64,000 nucleotides of DNA from Macrostomum lignano (Eukaryota), in the NCBI GenBank assembly GCA_002269645.1, contig NIVC01002037.1, forward strand, positions 1 to 64,000. The letters run 5' to 3'. Positions within the stretch are counted from its first letter, which is position 1; each line of letters opens with the position of its first letter. The translations under genes and the position numbers were made by a program. Under the pieces are notes generated by a model. The model was not told the origin of the DNA. It was given only the letters and a program-made list of their open reading frames with translations, and did not search any database. This document shows positions 48,101 to 61,225 of this stretch, one piece after another.

Positions 48101-49247
48101 TTCTCCGCAAGACGCTTCTTTTATGTTTGACATGACGCTTCTTTTATTATTTTCAAGTTGACAGAAAATTTCTTAAACTTCGACACTAGTACTTTTTTAT
48201 GAAAGTAGTAGCATTCAAACATTTTGTTTTTGTAGAAGAAAAATTCACAAATAATTTGATTGATATTTGAGAAATTCGGCTACAGCTTGGCTAGCATATT
48301 TTTGGGAGTCTTCAGAGTAGCAAAGCGGCTTATAAGAAGCTCTTAACATCTGTAATTACGAGCGTATCTTCTCGTAGCATATCAGTGCTCAGCCAATAAT
48401 GAGCAGCAATCTATAAGAAAATCAGTTCGTGCTATATAAGCCACTTCAAAAGCACACCATTTACAATTGCACCACTTCAATTGTAGCAATAGTGAGACTA
48501 CTTGAGCATTAAACTGTTGTGCAGTATTTCAAACAGTTAGACATATTCTGCCTGCCAAACAGCACAATGGATTACATAAGTGGCCAATTTTACATTGCAG
48601 ACCACTTGTCTCGGTTCACTGCGTTGCATACAGCAATTGAACAGCTACTGTTGAAATTTTGGTTGGAGATGGTAAAAACTGCATAAAGACATTGCCCGCA
48701 ATACCAGCAAAGAAACACATGTATAAAAAAGCATGCAGAAAACTAGCGTGTTCCTTTGTTTGTACATAGTCAAGTTTTTACTGTTAAAATTCTTGGTGAT
48801 GACACGTGTACGACCATAGCTACACATGAATCTTCTATTAGAAATATCACGACCGTTGCGTCATGACACATAAAAAAATTGTAACCATTTGAGTCATTGA
48901 AATTTTTAAGCTCTTTAAGGAAAAAATCGATTTTTATAACGTTTTCAGAGTATCTCAATGTCTTTTTTCATTTTGGTCGGATAGTGGTTTATTTGAAAGT
49001 TAGATATCAAACAATATAATACGAACTATAGACGTCAGTAACGCTACAAACTTATGAAAAATTACTTAAAAGGCACAGATTTCTGAGTTTTGCTAATCGA
49101 AAAACCCCATTCAGCGCTACACGGGTTCTCTAGAACGACAAATACGCGTATATGTGCAGTGCTTGATTGTGAGGATAATTCAATTGTCATACGTTCTCTT
49201 ACTATATCTGCTGATTTTAAGCTGCCTGCGAAGCACCCTAAAAACCT

Positions 49248-49444
49248 TCAAGATTGAGTCCGGTCGCTGTGCACTCTGGAGTGCTTACGCAACGATGACG
49301 GATGGCTGTAGGACTTGCCGCAGTTGGCCACCTGACAGCGATAGCCCTTGGCGCTGGCGTGCACCTGCGCGTGCTTCTTCCGATCCGAACTGTTGGCGAA
49401 GCGCCTGTCGCAGCCGGGGAAGTCGCAGGCGAAAGGTTTCTCAC
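49248..49444 (-). CDS. zic: Zic exon 3 (ZF4, ZF5, stop)
   Basis: [25 protein letters not shown]...[18 protein letters not shown] then RTQS*; total CDS 921 nt (306 aa). Confidence 0.95.
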
Positions 49445-50072
49445 CTGCAATGCCCAGGTTGACGAATTCAAGACTCTTAACAAGGGGCTAAGTTAGGAAT
49501 TTTTTATGGGAATTTCACATCTTTGAAGAGGCTTTTGACATGTCTTCGACTTGGCTGCAGGGCGATCCGAAGACGCAGCGACGAGGCGAACGTCGCCCAT
49601 TCCGCTAATTCCTGATAAGCCGCATTGGCTAGGGCGCTGGACCGGCAGGGAGGTCCGCCGGACCTGTCTGCAGCGTTGTCTTCGGTGGGGAAGAAAGGAG
49701 GCTCGTTGGTAGCCCGGAGGAATCGGATAAGACATGGAATGTTCTCGGGCCGGCAAGCGTCGTCCAGGGACGGGTTGGGCCCCGAGGTAGTGGAGCCGGT
49801 CTCAGTTGAAGGCCGGACTGCTAGCAGCTTTTGACATGTACTTAAACCAATTTTGAAGGAAGAGTTCGTTAATCAATCCTAATACATGTTATTAAAGACT
49901 ACCAATTTGACGGAATCCACCAACTACAGTAAGTTCAAAGCATTGTCTTTCAAACTTATCAAACTTTGTCGGTTATATTGTCTAAAATTCTTGTGCTTTT
50001 GAAAAGGTTGCTTCATTCAAAACACAAGAGGCCATTATGGTTGCTCTTGAAAATGATTTACAACATCTTTAC

Positions 50073-50288
50073 CTGTATGAATTCTTAGATGAATCTTCAA
50101 GTTCTCTGCCCTAGCGAATCGACGCCCGCAGTTGACGAAGTTGCACCGAAACGGTCGCTCTCCGGTGTGAACCCGGATGTGATTCACCAGCTTGTAGCGA
50201 GCGGTGAATGGCATACGCTGACGGGGGCAATTCAGCCAGTGACATACGTGACGGTCTTTTCGTTCGTCAGCCTCATGACTGTCGTTTG
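50073..50288 (-). CDS. zic: Zic exon 2 (ZF2, ZF3)
   Basis: [51 protein letters not shown]; phase-1 donor within HTG|EKP, the conserved bilaterian Zic intron position. Confidence 0.95.
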
Positions 50289-50441
50289 CTGGGGGGGGGG
50301 ACAGCAAACAATATTGATCTTATCAGCCCTTAAGTTGCACGTCGATACACCCAAAAATAGCAGCAATAAGAGTAATAATATTAACAATGGTAGTCGCAAC
50401 AGTTAAAAAGGCGTTTTGGAACCTAAATACAACGCAACTGT

Positions 50442-50570
50442 GCTACATCGTCCCAGCAGGACTGAGGCAATTCTTCTCATTCTGCAGACTCCTGAACGCA
50501 TACAAGCGAGCCAATACTGTACTCACGCACTCATGCACCCACTCACCAGGGTGCACAGCGGCCCTGACTT
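50442..50570 (-). mobile_element. SINE-like family copy in Zic intron 1
   Basis: ccaatactgtactcacgcactcatgcacccactcaccagggtgcac matches 6188-6243. Confidence 0.5.
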
Positions 50571-50823
50571 TCTAAACGTCCAGCATGTATGCTCTCTGAG
50601 CCTTTGGGGCTGGCCCTCATGGGTTCGAATCGCAGGACAACGCACGGGATATTTTTTACAAAAGACCTCAAATTAGATCGCGCTAATGAAATCGAATCCA
50701 GCACTCGTGGACTGCTATAAGCTACTCTGCCCCGGCACGCAACCAAAGGTGACTATTTCAGTTTTACACAAAATTACATGCAGAAGTAAATATAATCCAT
50801 GGTTACTCGGTGTCAGCACTTAC

Positions 50824-51331
50824 TGGAAGACTTTTGATGATCGCTGGTCACATGCTGCACAATATCGCTCACTCTATGAAAGAGTCGACCGCAGTAGCTT
50901 TGGTCTGATTCATCGTCGGTACAACTCAGCCACAGGCATCGCAATTCAGATGAAGACGAGGCTGTAGTGACGTTCTGTTTCGACGACGCTTTTGTAGACT
51001 TAGACAGTTGGGATTGATGCTGCTGCTGATGCTGCAGTTCTTCTAGCATGCAGGAAGACACATTAAACGCCGGTTTCTGCTGCTGCTGCTGTTGTTGATG
51101 ATGATAATAATGATGATAGTGATGGTGCTGAAAGTGATACGACTCAGCAGCAGGTTGAGTCAGCAGGGTGAGCTGTTGCTGCCGATAGCAGAGACAACAG
51201 CAGCAGTAGTGACCGTGATGAGTCTGGTACTGCTGGTAATAGCACGAAGGCTGGTAAGGCACGTAACAGCATAGCGCTTGAGCTCCGGCGCTGTAGTACG
51301 GAGCAACCGCAGGCTCTGGTCCAATGAACAT
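50824..51331 (-). CDS. zic: Zic/odd-paired zinc-finger transcription factor, exon 1 (His/Gln-rich N-terminus, ZF1)
   Basis: CLWLSC...YCGRLFHRVSDIVQHVTSDH is Zic ZF1; donor A|gtaagt; in-frame TAA upstream of ATG 51331; an upstream exon cannot be excluded. Confidence 0.8.
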
Positions 51332-52246
51332 TCCGCTGCGATATTAACTGATATAGTTGTGGGGTCGAATGACTTCTTGCAGAGCCGGACGGTAGGGTTC
51401 GATCTCTGCGGGAGGCTACTCAACGGAAGGTTTTATTATTGGAATTCGATGTTACGCTGGCCTCTGTTCAACACACTTACGCTATTATTCTTCTTCAATT
51501 GTGTCTCCGTCCCCACCCGCTGGCCTATCTGCATCAATCCTGGCAGGGGGTCCGCTAGCGCCATTTACTCGTATTCGACAATTACAATTGTGTAACTGGC
51601 ATGTTGTCGAATCTTGAGCCTGTATTGCAGGGCCAATCATAGCTGATCATAGCTGTATTAGCACATTTTTACCATAAAGTCTGTAAGTTAAATTTCTAAT
51701 AATATTTACCTCACAGCAATTAAAATAAACTGTCTGTATGATTGGAAAACAGTATGAAAGCAGCAGTTCGTGTACGTGTACATTTAACAGTACGTACAAT
51801 AACGTTATCATGATTACATGTACTTAAAGTCGTGCAGCTATAGATTATAAATAATTTTTTTACGATTACCAATTAGATACATGCAGGATTAAATTTCATC
51901 ACTAACAAATATAGGCCGGCGGACATCGGAATGATCGAGCGCCCTTTCAAGATCGACATATCTCGAGTGTGCATGAGTGCATGCTTAACTGACTGCCAGC
52001 AGGGCCATCAGCTGTGATCTTTAATCCATTAACTCTTACGCACGTGAATGTTTTGAATCAGCTGACAAATAATTGAAGACGGCAGATTTTTGCCTAAATT
52101 GTCTACAATAGTTTGGCACCGATTAGAATTCGGGCTCGAGATTCGTCATGGCTACTCGTACACACATGTTCTGGTTGGTGAAAATCCGATAGTTCATCCA
52201 AGGACTACTCAAGTGATGTTGAAGGATGGAAAACTACGTTTCTTAG

Positions 52247-52430
52247 CAGGCGCGTCGCCACCGGGGGGGACATGTCCCCCCCCCCCAGTAAAAGCTCTGG
52301 GGGGGGCATGCTGCGCCAAAATGAGTGCCTGCGGCGCCAAAATGAGTGCCTGCGGCGCAAAAAATTAGTGCCTGTGGCGCAAAAAATTAGTGCCTGCGGC
52401 GCCAAAATGAGTGCCTGTGGCGCCAAAATA
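52247..52430. mobile_element. Partial hAT-like MITE with internal 21-bp repeats (gcgccaaaatgagtgcctgcg)
   Basis: Starts caggcgcgtcgcca; reverse-complement similarity to 44320-44480. Confidence 0.6.
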
Positions 52431-53654
52431 ATTTTTATAAAGCTTTTCGTTCAGAAAATTAAGATTAAATGTAATTAACTTCTTTTTTACGTAATTGCAT
52501 ATCCTGCCTAAAAAAACCATTAGAATTGCACGTCTCGGTTCATTGGTTTTATGAATCTATTTAGCTGACTATTTAACAATATGTGTAGCAGCAGAAACGT
52601 AGTTTTCCGTCCTTCTAATTGAGTCGTCTTTGATCGAGTTCCTCTCGACCAGTTGTCGACAAATACAGAATGATCGAGGTGTCTCGAAATTTGGTTTCTG
52701 TATTAATTAGTTTCTCAGGGGCCTGGAGCAAGCAGAAACAGTTTCTGCTTGCTCCAGGCCCTTTCTATCGCGAGTTTAAGAACTCTAGATATCGAAAAGT
52801 ACAGCTGTTTTTTTAAGTTTGCTGGTTTATGCGAATTTACATGTATGTTTGTCTGAAACTGCAGTTGTACAACAGATGTTGTATTGAAACAAACGAAAAG
52901 CTGTAGGAAATCCCATTATAACAATGGTAACAAAAATTTTATCAAGTTATACAAATTAAAGGGAGCAGTAAATTAAAAAACTTTAAATTTTTCTTTTTGT
53001 TTTATTTTATTAGAGGAATTACACGTAGGTTAAGTAAGAGTGCAGATTTTTTGAAAAAAACATTTTGCGGGAATTTCGTAGAAACGTGCCATATTATAGT
53101 ATAGTTATAGTTTAGGTAGCGCGTAGCGGTTGCTATATTATTATATCTGCTAATCATTTTTTCATTTTGGATAATATCGACTATCGTGCAAAATTTGCTA
53201 AAGCAACAACCAACCTGTAGGGCAAGCCATAGTTGTAAAAACCCAGTTTTCATCTTTGTCTTTATATCGCTTGCTGGCTAGGCTAGGCCTAGCCCCGCCT
53301 AGGTAGGCCCTAACGGCCTAACCTAATTTGCTAACTATAAATAGGCCTAACTGATTCACTGATTGTTTTAAGTTACATTTAATTATTCAGGAGCAAAAAT
53401 ACAAAAAATGCTAGCAGTAAGCCTAGCAGACAAAAAAACAGCAGATGTAATGCCTGCACACTTTGTTTCGCATTATTTCTTTATATATATAGCCTCTAAG
53501 TCTAAGATACTAAGTTATAAATATACTATTATTGCTTTATTTATATAGAATAGGTCAATGGGCTCAATATCATAATGGGTTATACCAAATTTGTCAATAG
53601 TTAAATCAAGCTGAGCAAATTCATTAACAACAAGACAAGACTTATTTAAATTTA

Positions 53655-53958
53655 GGCAGTTGTTATTTGTCCGGTTAAAATTGATAATGCTAAAATATCT
53701 AGTTTATAAAAACCACAAGGGTAAATATTCCTAGACTTCAAAGACTTCTTACTCGTGTCTTGATTATTATATTGTTATACTAGTGTGTGTCTTATACACC
53801 AAATTATGCCAAATTGAATGCACTGCTTTGCTTACACTCAACTAATACAAGAAAATATTAATCAGTATACGAGAAAAGGTCTTAAAAGTCTAGAATATTC
53901 ATCACGAAACAAATAAGATATTTGTGTTAGCAATTTAACCGGACAAATAACAACTGCC
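53655..53958. mobile_element. Mutator-like MITE (304 bp)
   Basis: Perfect 25-bp TIR ggcagttgttatttgtccggttaaa; exact 9-bp TSD ttaaattta at 53646-53654 and 53959-53967. Confidence 0.85.
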
Positions 53959-56590
53959 TTAAATTTATTCCTTAATGCAATAATTTGTAGGCCACTTGAC
54001 TTAAAGTTAAGTAAAATTAATATTATGATTTAATTACTTTTATTGATATTACAAGATTTTTGTAATTCAATGATTTAACTAGGCCTATTGCCAAGGACTT
54101 TAACATGTTTTCATGAATGCATAATTCTAGATGCTACTGTATATCATATATTACTCAAAATTGAACAAATTGGGCAATCAATGCTATGTAGTATATATAC
54201 CACACTCCAGATCATGTAGTATATGCCCAAAAATTTGGGTATGCATTGGCCTTGCATGCCAAAATTAGGCATGCAGAGTTGGTATACATCACTCCTGAGA
54301 AAATAGTATGTGTGCACACCTGGCATGCACTTTATAAAATCACGCGTAAGAGTTATTGTAAAATAAGAAAAAATAAAATGTCAATAAGTGTCTATTATGC
54401 AATTAAAAAAATCATTTATTGTTGCAATATAAAAAGGTCATTTATTGTTGCAACACTGGTGTATTTTTGAGAATGGGCATGCACTAAATTTTTTGGCATG
54501 CATTTGTTATTATTCAATTTTTGTTTTGGCATGCATCTATAATGATATGGACTATGGTATGTACATAACACCATATTGTATATAGGCCTAGTTAAGTTTC
54601 TTAATGCAACTATATAAAGAGTTAGTCTATCAGGATATATTAGTTTATTTGTTGCATAGGCCTATGTTTTATTATACTTTATTGCATTTTTAACTGAAGC
54701 AAGTCATTTTAATTCAAATTTAATTTCAATTTTTGTTTATCTCCTTAACCATTAACAAGGTTTTGTTAGAGTTTGATTGAGGTTTCAAAATTTATACAAA
54801 AATAGTTCTAGTAAATTTATTTGTAGGTTTAAAATCTGTGGGTTTTAACAGCTTGTAAAAAATAAAAATAAAATAAAAACCATTTACCTTTATTATTGTA
54901 TATGTATCTAGTATATTATCAGGTAACTGAATTCGTCAATAATGCATAATAAGATAAACCATAAAAGGCTCATTCCATATAAGCATGGTTGTAACATGAC
55001 AGGCTATTTTTACTTATAAAATGAAATATAATAATAGAATATACTAAACCAATATTTTTAATGAAAGATTATTTTGTCTAAAATATATTTATAGAGTTTC
55101 ATATAGACATCATCATTAGTATAGATGCTATTAAACCTTAAATGACACTTATGGTCGTAACGACAGGATTTTTGACATATAGAAACTAAGAGGTGAAAGT
55201 CTTATAACATTTTTCATTTTTGATATTTTACAATACATTTTTAAAATTTGACTAAGAACATCTTTAGAAATCATACTCTCTTATTAGAATATATAAACTC
55301 AAAAGGCAACAAAGATACAAAAGAAAAGGCAGCCTTATGGTCGTAACATTATGGTTAGTAACATATTTTTTTCTGTAATTCAGTAACTTTGAGGTACTAA
55401 TACATTAAAAATATAATATATTATTTGGTCACCAATGCTTTTATCTGATGATGCAATCACTATACTTTTATCTATAGTTTGTTTCAACCTTCAAAAGCTT
55501 TCTATTTGTTTTTAAAAGGTACAAAATCTTAAGGATGTCTTTTGCTTCGAAAAATGTCCAAATTTTTACAAAAATGATTTTTTGCTATTGATAACATACT
55601 AATCCAACATTTTACCATTCCTTTATTTTTAGATTGTATATATTGCACATAAAAACATTTGGTAAAAAAAATAGGCTAATAAGGCAATGGCAAGCAAAAA
55701 TATTGGCTTTTTTCTATTTTCAAATATGTTCATCTTATATGGAATGAGCCAAAATTAGATGTTGACAAATTTGGTGGCACTTATTATAACAGTTTATAGC
55801 CCATGGGCTTCTATATTTACAATTTATTAGGTAAAACAGACATTTCTAGCAGTTTTTGAAGCTTTTTATGAAATAAAGTAATTGAAGTATATATAATGGT
55901 ATTATAGCAATGTAGCTAAAACTTGAATTTAGGTTGCTCTACATTAGTCAAAGGCCTTTTTATATCCTTGCATATATGGCTTTTAGAAATTCTAATAGTT
56001 TTATCCAAGTTTTATCCTTTCTGTTTTACCCAATATACTATTTTTGTCTTCTTTATGTATAGGGATGCTTATATTAATAGAATAGGCCTACAATTTGAAA
56101 GCATTGTGTTTATCTAATATTTCAATAATAAAAAATCCTATCAAATGATAGCAAAAATATTGAAAATATTGGTATCCTATATATATATAAGTATACAATA
56201 ATAAAACACAAGTTTTCTAACAAAGCTAGGCCTATACCATGCTAAAACAATGTTTTATTAACTTTTAAATACAAAATAGCAAAGTATATTAATTAGTTTA
56301 TTTACTAAAATGCTTATTAGAAATATAGTTTTAAAAGCTAATTTGAATGCTAGTTTAATTTGTCTTTGTCTTTTTTTATTAGCTTTCTTATTGGATTTAC
56401 TATTTGTAATTTACAACTAAATCATTTTTGGCCTTAAATTATTTGACCTACCTTAAATTATCATTTCATAGAAAAGAAAAGAAAGAGAATATCAAAATTT
56501 ATTAAAGCAAAATATTGCTGCACATTTAAACATGTATAATTGCTTATAAAAATTGAAATTTAAAAAATTATTTATTTAAAAATTGATCTA

Positions 56591-57902
56591 CGAGGGTTGT
56601 GTCATAAATTCGCTGACAACTGCAAGTATCAAAGAAACAAAACAAAGAACAGCTAATTGTCAACATTGCACTTCTCAACATAGTCACCCCCAAGCTGCAC
56701 ACATTTGTGCCATCTCTCTGGCAGCTTGCTGATGCCCTGAGCAAAGAATTCCATGGGGGTCCCTCGTACCCACTGGCTGATGGCCAAGCTGAGTGCAGAA
56801 AGGTTTCCATAGCGATGGCCATGAAGAGGCTCTTTCATTTTAGGGAACAACCAGTAGTCACTAGGGGCCAGGTCAGGAGAATAGGCAGGGTGAGGCAGCA
56901 ACTCGAAGCCTAGTCTCCTGATGACATCCATAGTTGCATTGCAGGTATGTGGCCTGGCATTGTCTTGCTGCAGCACAGTGCCCCTGGTGATCCTTCCCCG
57001 GGGCTCAATCTTGATCTTCTCACGCAGCCATTCCAATATTTCACAGTAGTACTAGGCATTGATGGTTCTGCCTTCAGGTAGCCACTCGATCAGCAAGATG
57101 CCTTCTCTGTCCCAGAACACGGTGGCCATGCGCTTACCTGCTGACTGCACCGCCTTGGCCTTGACCGGTGGGGGTTCGTGAGTAGCCTTCCAGATGCTGC
57201 TCTGCTGTTTTGTTTCCGGTTCGTAGAAGTGAAACCACGTTTCATCACCAGTCACCAGGCGACCAAGAAAGTCGGGCTTGTTTTGATAGGCGTTGAGCAG
57301 GTGGCGGCACATCTGGACCCTCTCTTGCAGTTGGACAGGAGTCAGCAGTTTAGGGACCCATTGTGCAATAACTCGTGTCATATGCAGATGGTCGGAGATG
57401 ATGCGATGAATGCTCTTCATTGGTATCGCCAACAAGTCCTCTAACTGCCTCAGGGTTGCTCCACGATCATTGTCCAGGGCATGCTGCACACGCTGGATGT
57501 TGTCACTGGAAGTGGATGACCATGGTGCACCTGGGCGGGGAGCATCATCAACTGTCTCCCAGCCGTCCTCAAAGCGCTGCACCCACTTTGACACAGTTTG
57601 TTTCGAAGGTGCATCCTCACCAAAGATTTGCAGCAGCTCGCGGTAAATATCAGCCTGCTTCTTCTGCTGCTTCTACAACGACCAAATGACAGTGCGCTTG
57701 GCAGCTTCACTTTTCTCCATACTGGCTAGAAGGGTGGTTTGAATGCCACTCGATTTCTGCTTTATCTCAAAAGCCAGAGGGAAGATTTTTCATAGACAAT
57801 AAGATCGATGGTGCCTTAGTCTGTAACAAAAAATTCTGCTCCAAAGTACAAAAGAAACAGACACTATGTAAGTTTGTCAGCGAATTTATGACACAGCCCT
57901 CG
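56591..57902 (-). mobile_element. Full-length mariner (DD34D) transposon, 1312 bp
   Basis: 29-bp TIRs cgagggttgtgtcataaattcgctgacaa (1 mismatch) flanked by TA on both sides. Confidence 0.97.
56653..57720 (-). pseudogene. Mariner transposase, 355 codons, with two in-frame TAG codons and no frameshift
   Basis: WVPKLL, TGDETW, QQDNARPH, YSPDLAPSD with 34 residues between D2 and D3; stops at 57673-57675 and 57052-57054. Confidence 0.93.
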
Positions 57903-59454
57903 TATATATACAGAATGTAAAAGTTGCTGTAGTTTCTGTAGTTGCTATATATTTAGTTCTAAAGTAGTAACTACTTTTAGATCTCTAGGCTCTTGGTCCA
58001 TTTAAAAATCAGTATATATTTGAATGACTATTTGCCTTTTAAAGGTAATTTGTGTTTTTAATTTATTAAAATTGATAAACAAATATATCAATTCCTATAG
58101 AATATTTTTATCTATTATTATAACTTATGAGTATATTAGCTTATATTTTGCTCTACCTTGTCCCAAAAAGGCGTTTAATCAGTCAGTTTAATTGAAGTAC
58201 ATTTACTATGATTATGTAAAAAAGTGTTTATAACTCAAAAATTAAATAAAATATAGGCATTGAAATAGGAGCATAAATGTTGATATTACCAATATAAACA
58301 AAATAAATGACAATATACATCAATGTTATGGATCTATAGATAAAATTAGCAAGAAATGCATTAGTTACAAGTTTTACAACAATTCTATAGTTTTCCAACT
58401 GATTTCAACAGTTATTAAAAGCAAGGAGGCTCTGTAAATTTCATTGTCATGACTATAAAAAATATTTAGAAGCTTGATTTGTGTTGTAGCTTTTCTTTTT
58501 TTGGCTACCTTTTTTGTATGCCAGACTTAAAATGGGTGAAAAGGAAAGTCCAATAGGATTGAGTTGGAGAAGATGGTTGTCAACCTTAATTTTCATACTG
58601 GGCAATTTGTCAATCCCCAGCTTGTAATCTTCTTCCCTTAGTTTGACTTTGGTATTATTTTGAACTTGTTCAATAGCAAAGGTGACAAAATTTTTAATTG
58701 AGTCGTTAGAAGTGAGAAACCATAGTTTGGATCATGCTGGGTGCATGCCCAAACAAAATTGAATAATTAGAAATGCATGCTAAAAAATGGAGTGCATGCC
58801 TTATTCTCAAAACTACGCTGGTGTTGCAACAATAAATGACCTTTTATAAATTGCATAATGGACTGTTTTTGGCAGATAATTTGGTTAATTTTTCTGCTTA
58901 TTCCACAATACTATTCACAATGGAAAATCGATACACAAAAAAATTGTTTCAATGCTTTATTGCAAGCTTATAAAACCTAGAAAACTTGAAATGCTTAAAA
59001 ATGCTTACAAGCGTGTATAGCTATTCTCACTGATCATTGCTCTATCTGCTTCATTTACCAAATATTCTCTTCATCATTAAACTGTTACAGACTGTCTAAA
59101 ATTGTGCTAACAGATAGCAAATAGTTTAAGCTTTTATTTAAGTCATCACATTTAAACTAATCTTTTAAACAATCATATAAAACTATAAAAGACCCTATTA
59201 TCTTAATTGGAAGACAAATTTTGATTTTTGTAACTAGGCATGTTGAAAATGTTTTTACCTGTGCTTAATTCTTGAATCTTAATCCCAATCATAAAAGACA
59301 AGTCTTTAGCATAAATAATGTTTCTACATTTTGTCATAAGTCATTCTAGTCATTTTAGTTGTCTTATTTTTAATAGAAAGCAGTCAGTACTTTACAAACT
59401 TGTCTGCTTTCTACTCTAGTATTTTCTAACTTGCACTTTGTTGAAATTTTTCAG

Positions 59455-59704
59455 GAGGCGCAAAATAATCAAGTAGATTTTGCTGATCTACTAGACTCCA
59501 ATGCCTCCAAAGGGTCCATTGCTGTAGCCTGCCTGAATTCAGAATCGGCTGCTTATCCAATTGACCTGCTGCTCCAGTTGAAAAATCGGATTGCTTATTT
59601 GGCTCTGGTTGATGGAGCCTGCAATCTGTTCTATGATAATCAGATGCTATGCAAAGAATTTGAGCCTCAGTTGGTTACTGGAGACTTTGATTCAGTTAGG
59701 CCTG
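59455..59704 (+). CDS. TPK1: Thiamine pyrophosphokinase, first visible coding exon (no ATG)
   Basis: VDGACNLFYD...FEPQLVTGDFDSVRP matches TPK ADGGAN...GDFDSI; acceptor ttttcag|GAG; donor G|gtgagg. Confidence 0.9.
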
Positions 59705-60039
59705 GTGAGGGTTTGGTTGGCTTTTCTTGACTAATTCTAACTATCCAAAGGTCTGGTAGGAATATGATTGAGCTGCATATTAAAAATTTATAATTTAATT
59801 AGAAACATACCCTGAAGTTCCTGAAAATTTGACTGAAAAGGTGACTGGTACTTGAAGCTTTGATTGAGGTGACTGAAATCCCTGAAAATTTGTCTGAAAA
59901 AATACCTGAACTACCTGAAGATTGAGTAGGAAAATACCTGAACTTCCCAGAGATTTAACTGTGAAAATTCTTTGAACTGCCTGATGAACTGACTATGAAA
60001 ATGCCTGATCCAACTGCAGATTTGACTTTGAAAATACCT

Positions 60040-60690
60040 AAAATACCTAAAGATTTGATTATAAAATACCTAATAAGCTACCTAAAGATTTTATTGTGAA
60101 AATACCTGAACTACCTGAAGATTTGATTGTGAAAATACCTGAACTACCTAAAGATTTTATTATGAAAATACCTAAACTACCTAAAGATTTGATTATAAAA
60201 ATACCTAATAAGCTACCTAAAGATTTTATTATGAAAATACCTAAACTACCTAAAGATTTGATTATAAAAATACCTAATAAGCTACCTAAAGATTTTATTA
60301 TGAAAATACCTGAACTACCTAAAGATTTGATTATAAAAATACCTAATAAGCTACCTAAAGATTTTATTATGAAAATACCTAAACTACCTAAAGATTTGAT
60401 TATAAAAATACCTAATAAGCTACCTAAAGATTTTATTATGAAAATACCTGAAATACCTATAGATTTGATTATAAAAATACCTAATAAGCTGCCTAAAGAT
60501 TTTATTATGAAAATACCTGAAATACCTAAAGATTTGATTATGAAATCGCCTGAACTACCCGAAGATTTGAATGTGAAAATACCTGAACTACCTGAAGGTT
60601 TGATTGTGAAAATACCTGAACTACCTAAACATTTAATTATGAAATTGCCTGAACTGCCCGAAGAGTTGACCACAAAATACCTGAAGTTAT
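60040..60690. repeat. Intronic minisatellite with alternating 33/36-bp units
   Basis: aaaatacctgaactacctaaagattttattatg alternating with aaaatacctaataagctacctaaag... Confidence 0.9.
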
Positions 60691-60710
60691 TTCAATCGCG
60701 TCACCCGCAG

Positions 60711-61225
60711 AAGTGCTGCAGTATTATAAAGACCTACCCAGCACAGAAGTGATCCCAACGCCAGATCAGGACAGAACAGACTTTGACAAGTGTCTCTCCT
60801 GTCTCCTGGATTCTCAACGTTTGAATTTAAACAAAGAAATTGCCTGCATATTGGTGCTTGGCGGCCTAGGCGGCAGGGTAGATCACACGTTCGGCAATTT
60901 GCACACACTTGTGAAATGGTCTAGCCAGTGCAAGCCTAGAATCTACTTTGCTACTCAGCATGATCTGTGGGTATGCCTGCCGCCGTGTCAAGAGTCTGTT
61001 GAGTGCCGCCTGTTGCGGCCGAGGCAGGGCAAATACGCCGGTCTGATCCCGTTAGATCAGCCTTGTCTGAACGTTTACACTAGCGGGTTGAAATGGAATC
61101 TTGCTGGCGACACTCTCAGCTTCACTGGTTTAGTATCAACGTCTAACGAAGCTGTTGACGAGTTAATAATAGCTAGATGGAGTGGCGGTCACCTGTTGAT
61201 TACGGTTACTTATGAGTTGACCTAG
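60711..61225 (+). CDS. TPK1: Thiamine pyrophosphokinase, terminal exon
   Basis: TPDQDRTDFDKCL, LGGLGGRVDH, GLIPL, TSGLKWNL, GLVSTSN motifs; phase-1 acceptor cccgcag|AA restores E-V-L-Q-Y-Y. Confidence 0.93.

Noticed and set aside
48300-48720. Possible THAP or transposase remnant
   Set aside because: Only a CxxxxC-like hint with many stops; not supportable
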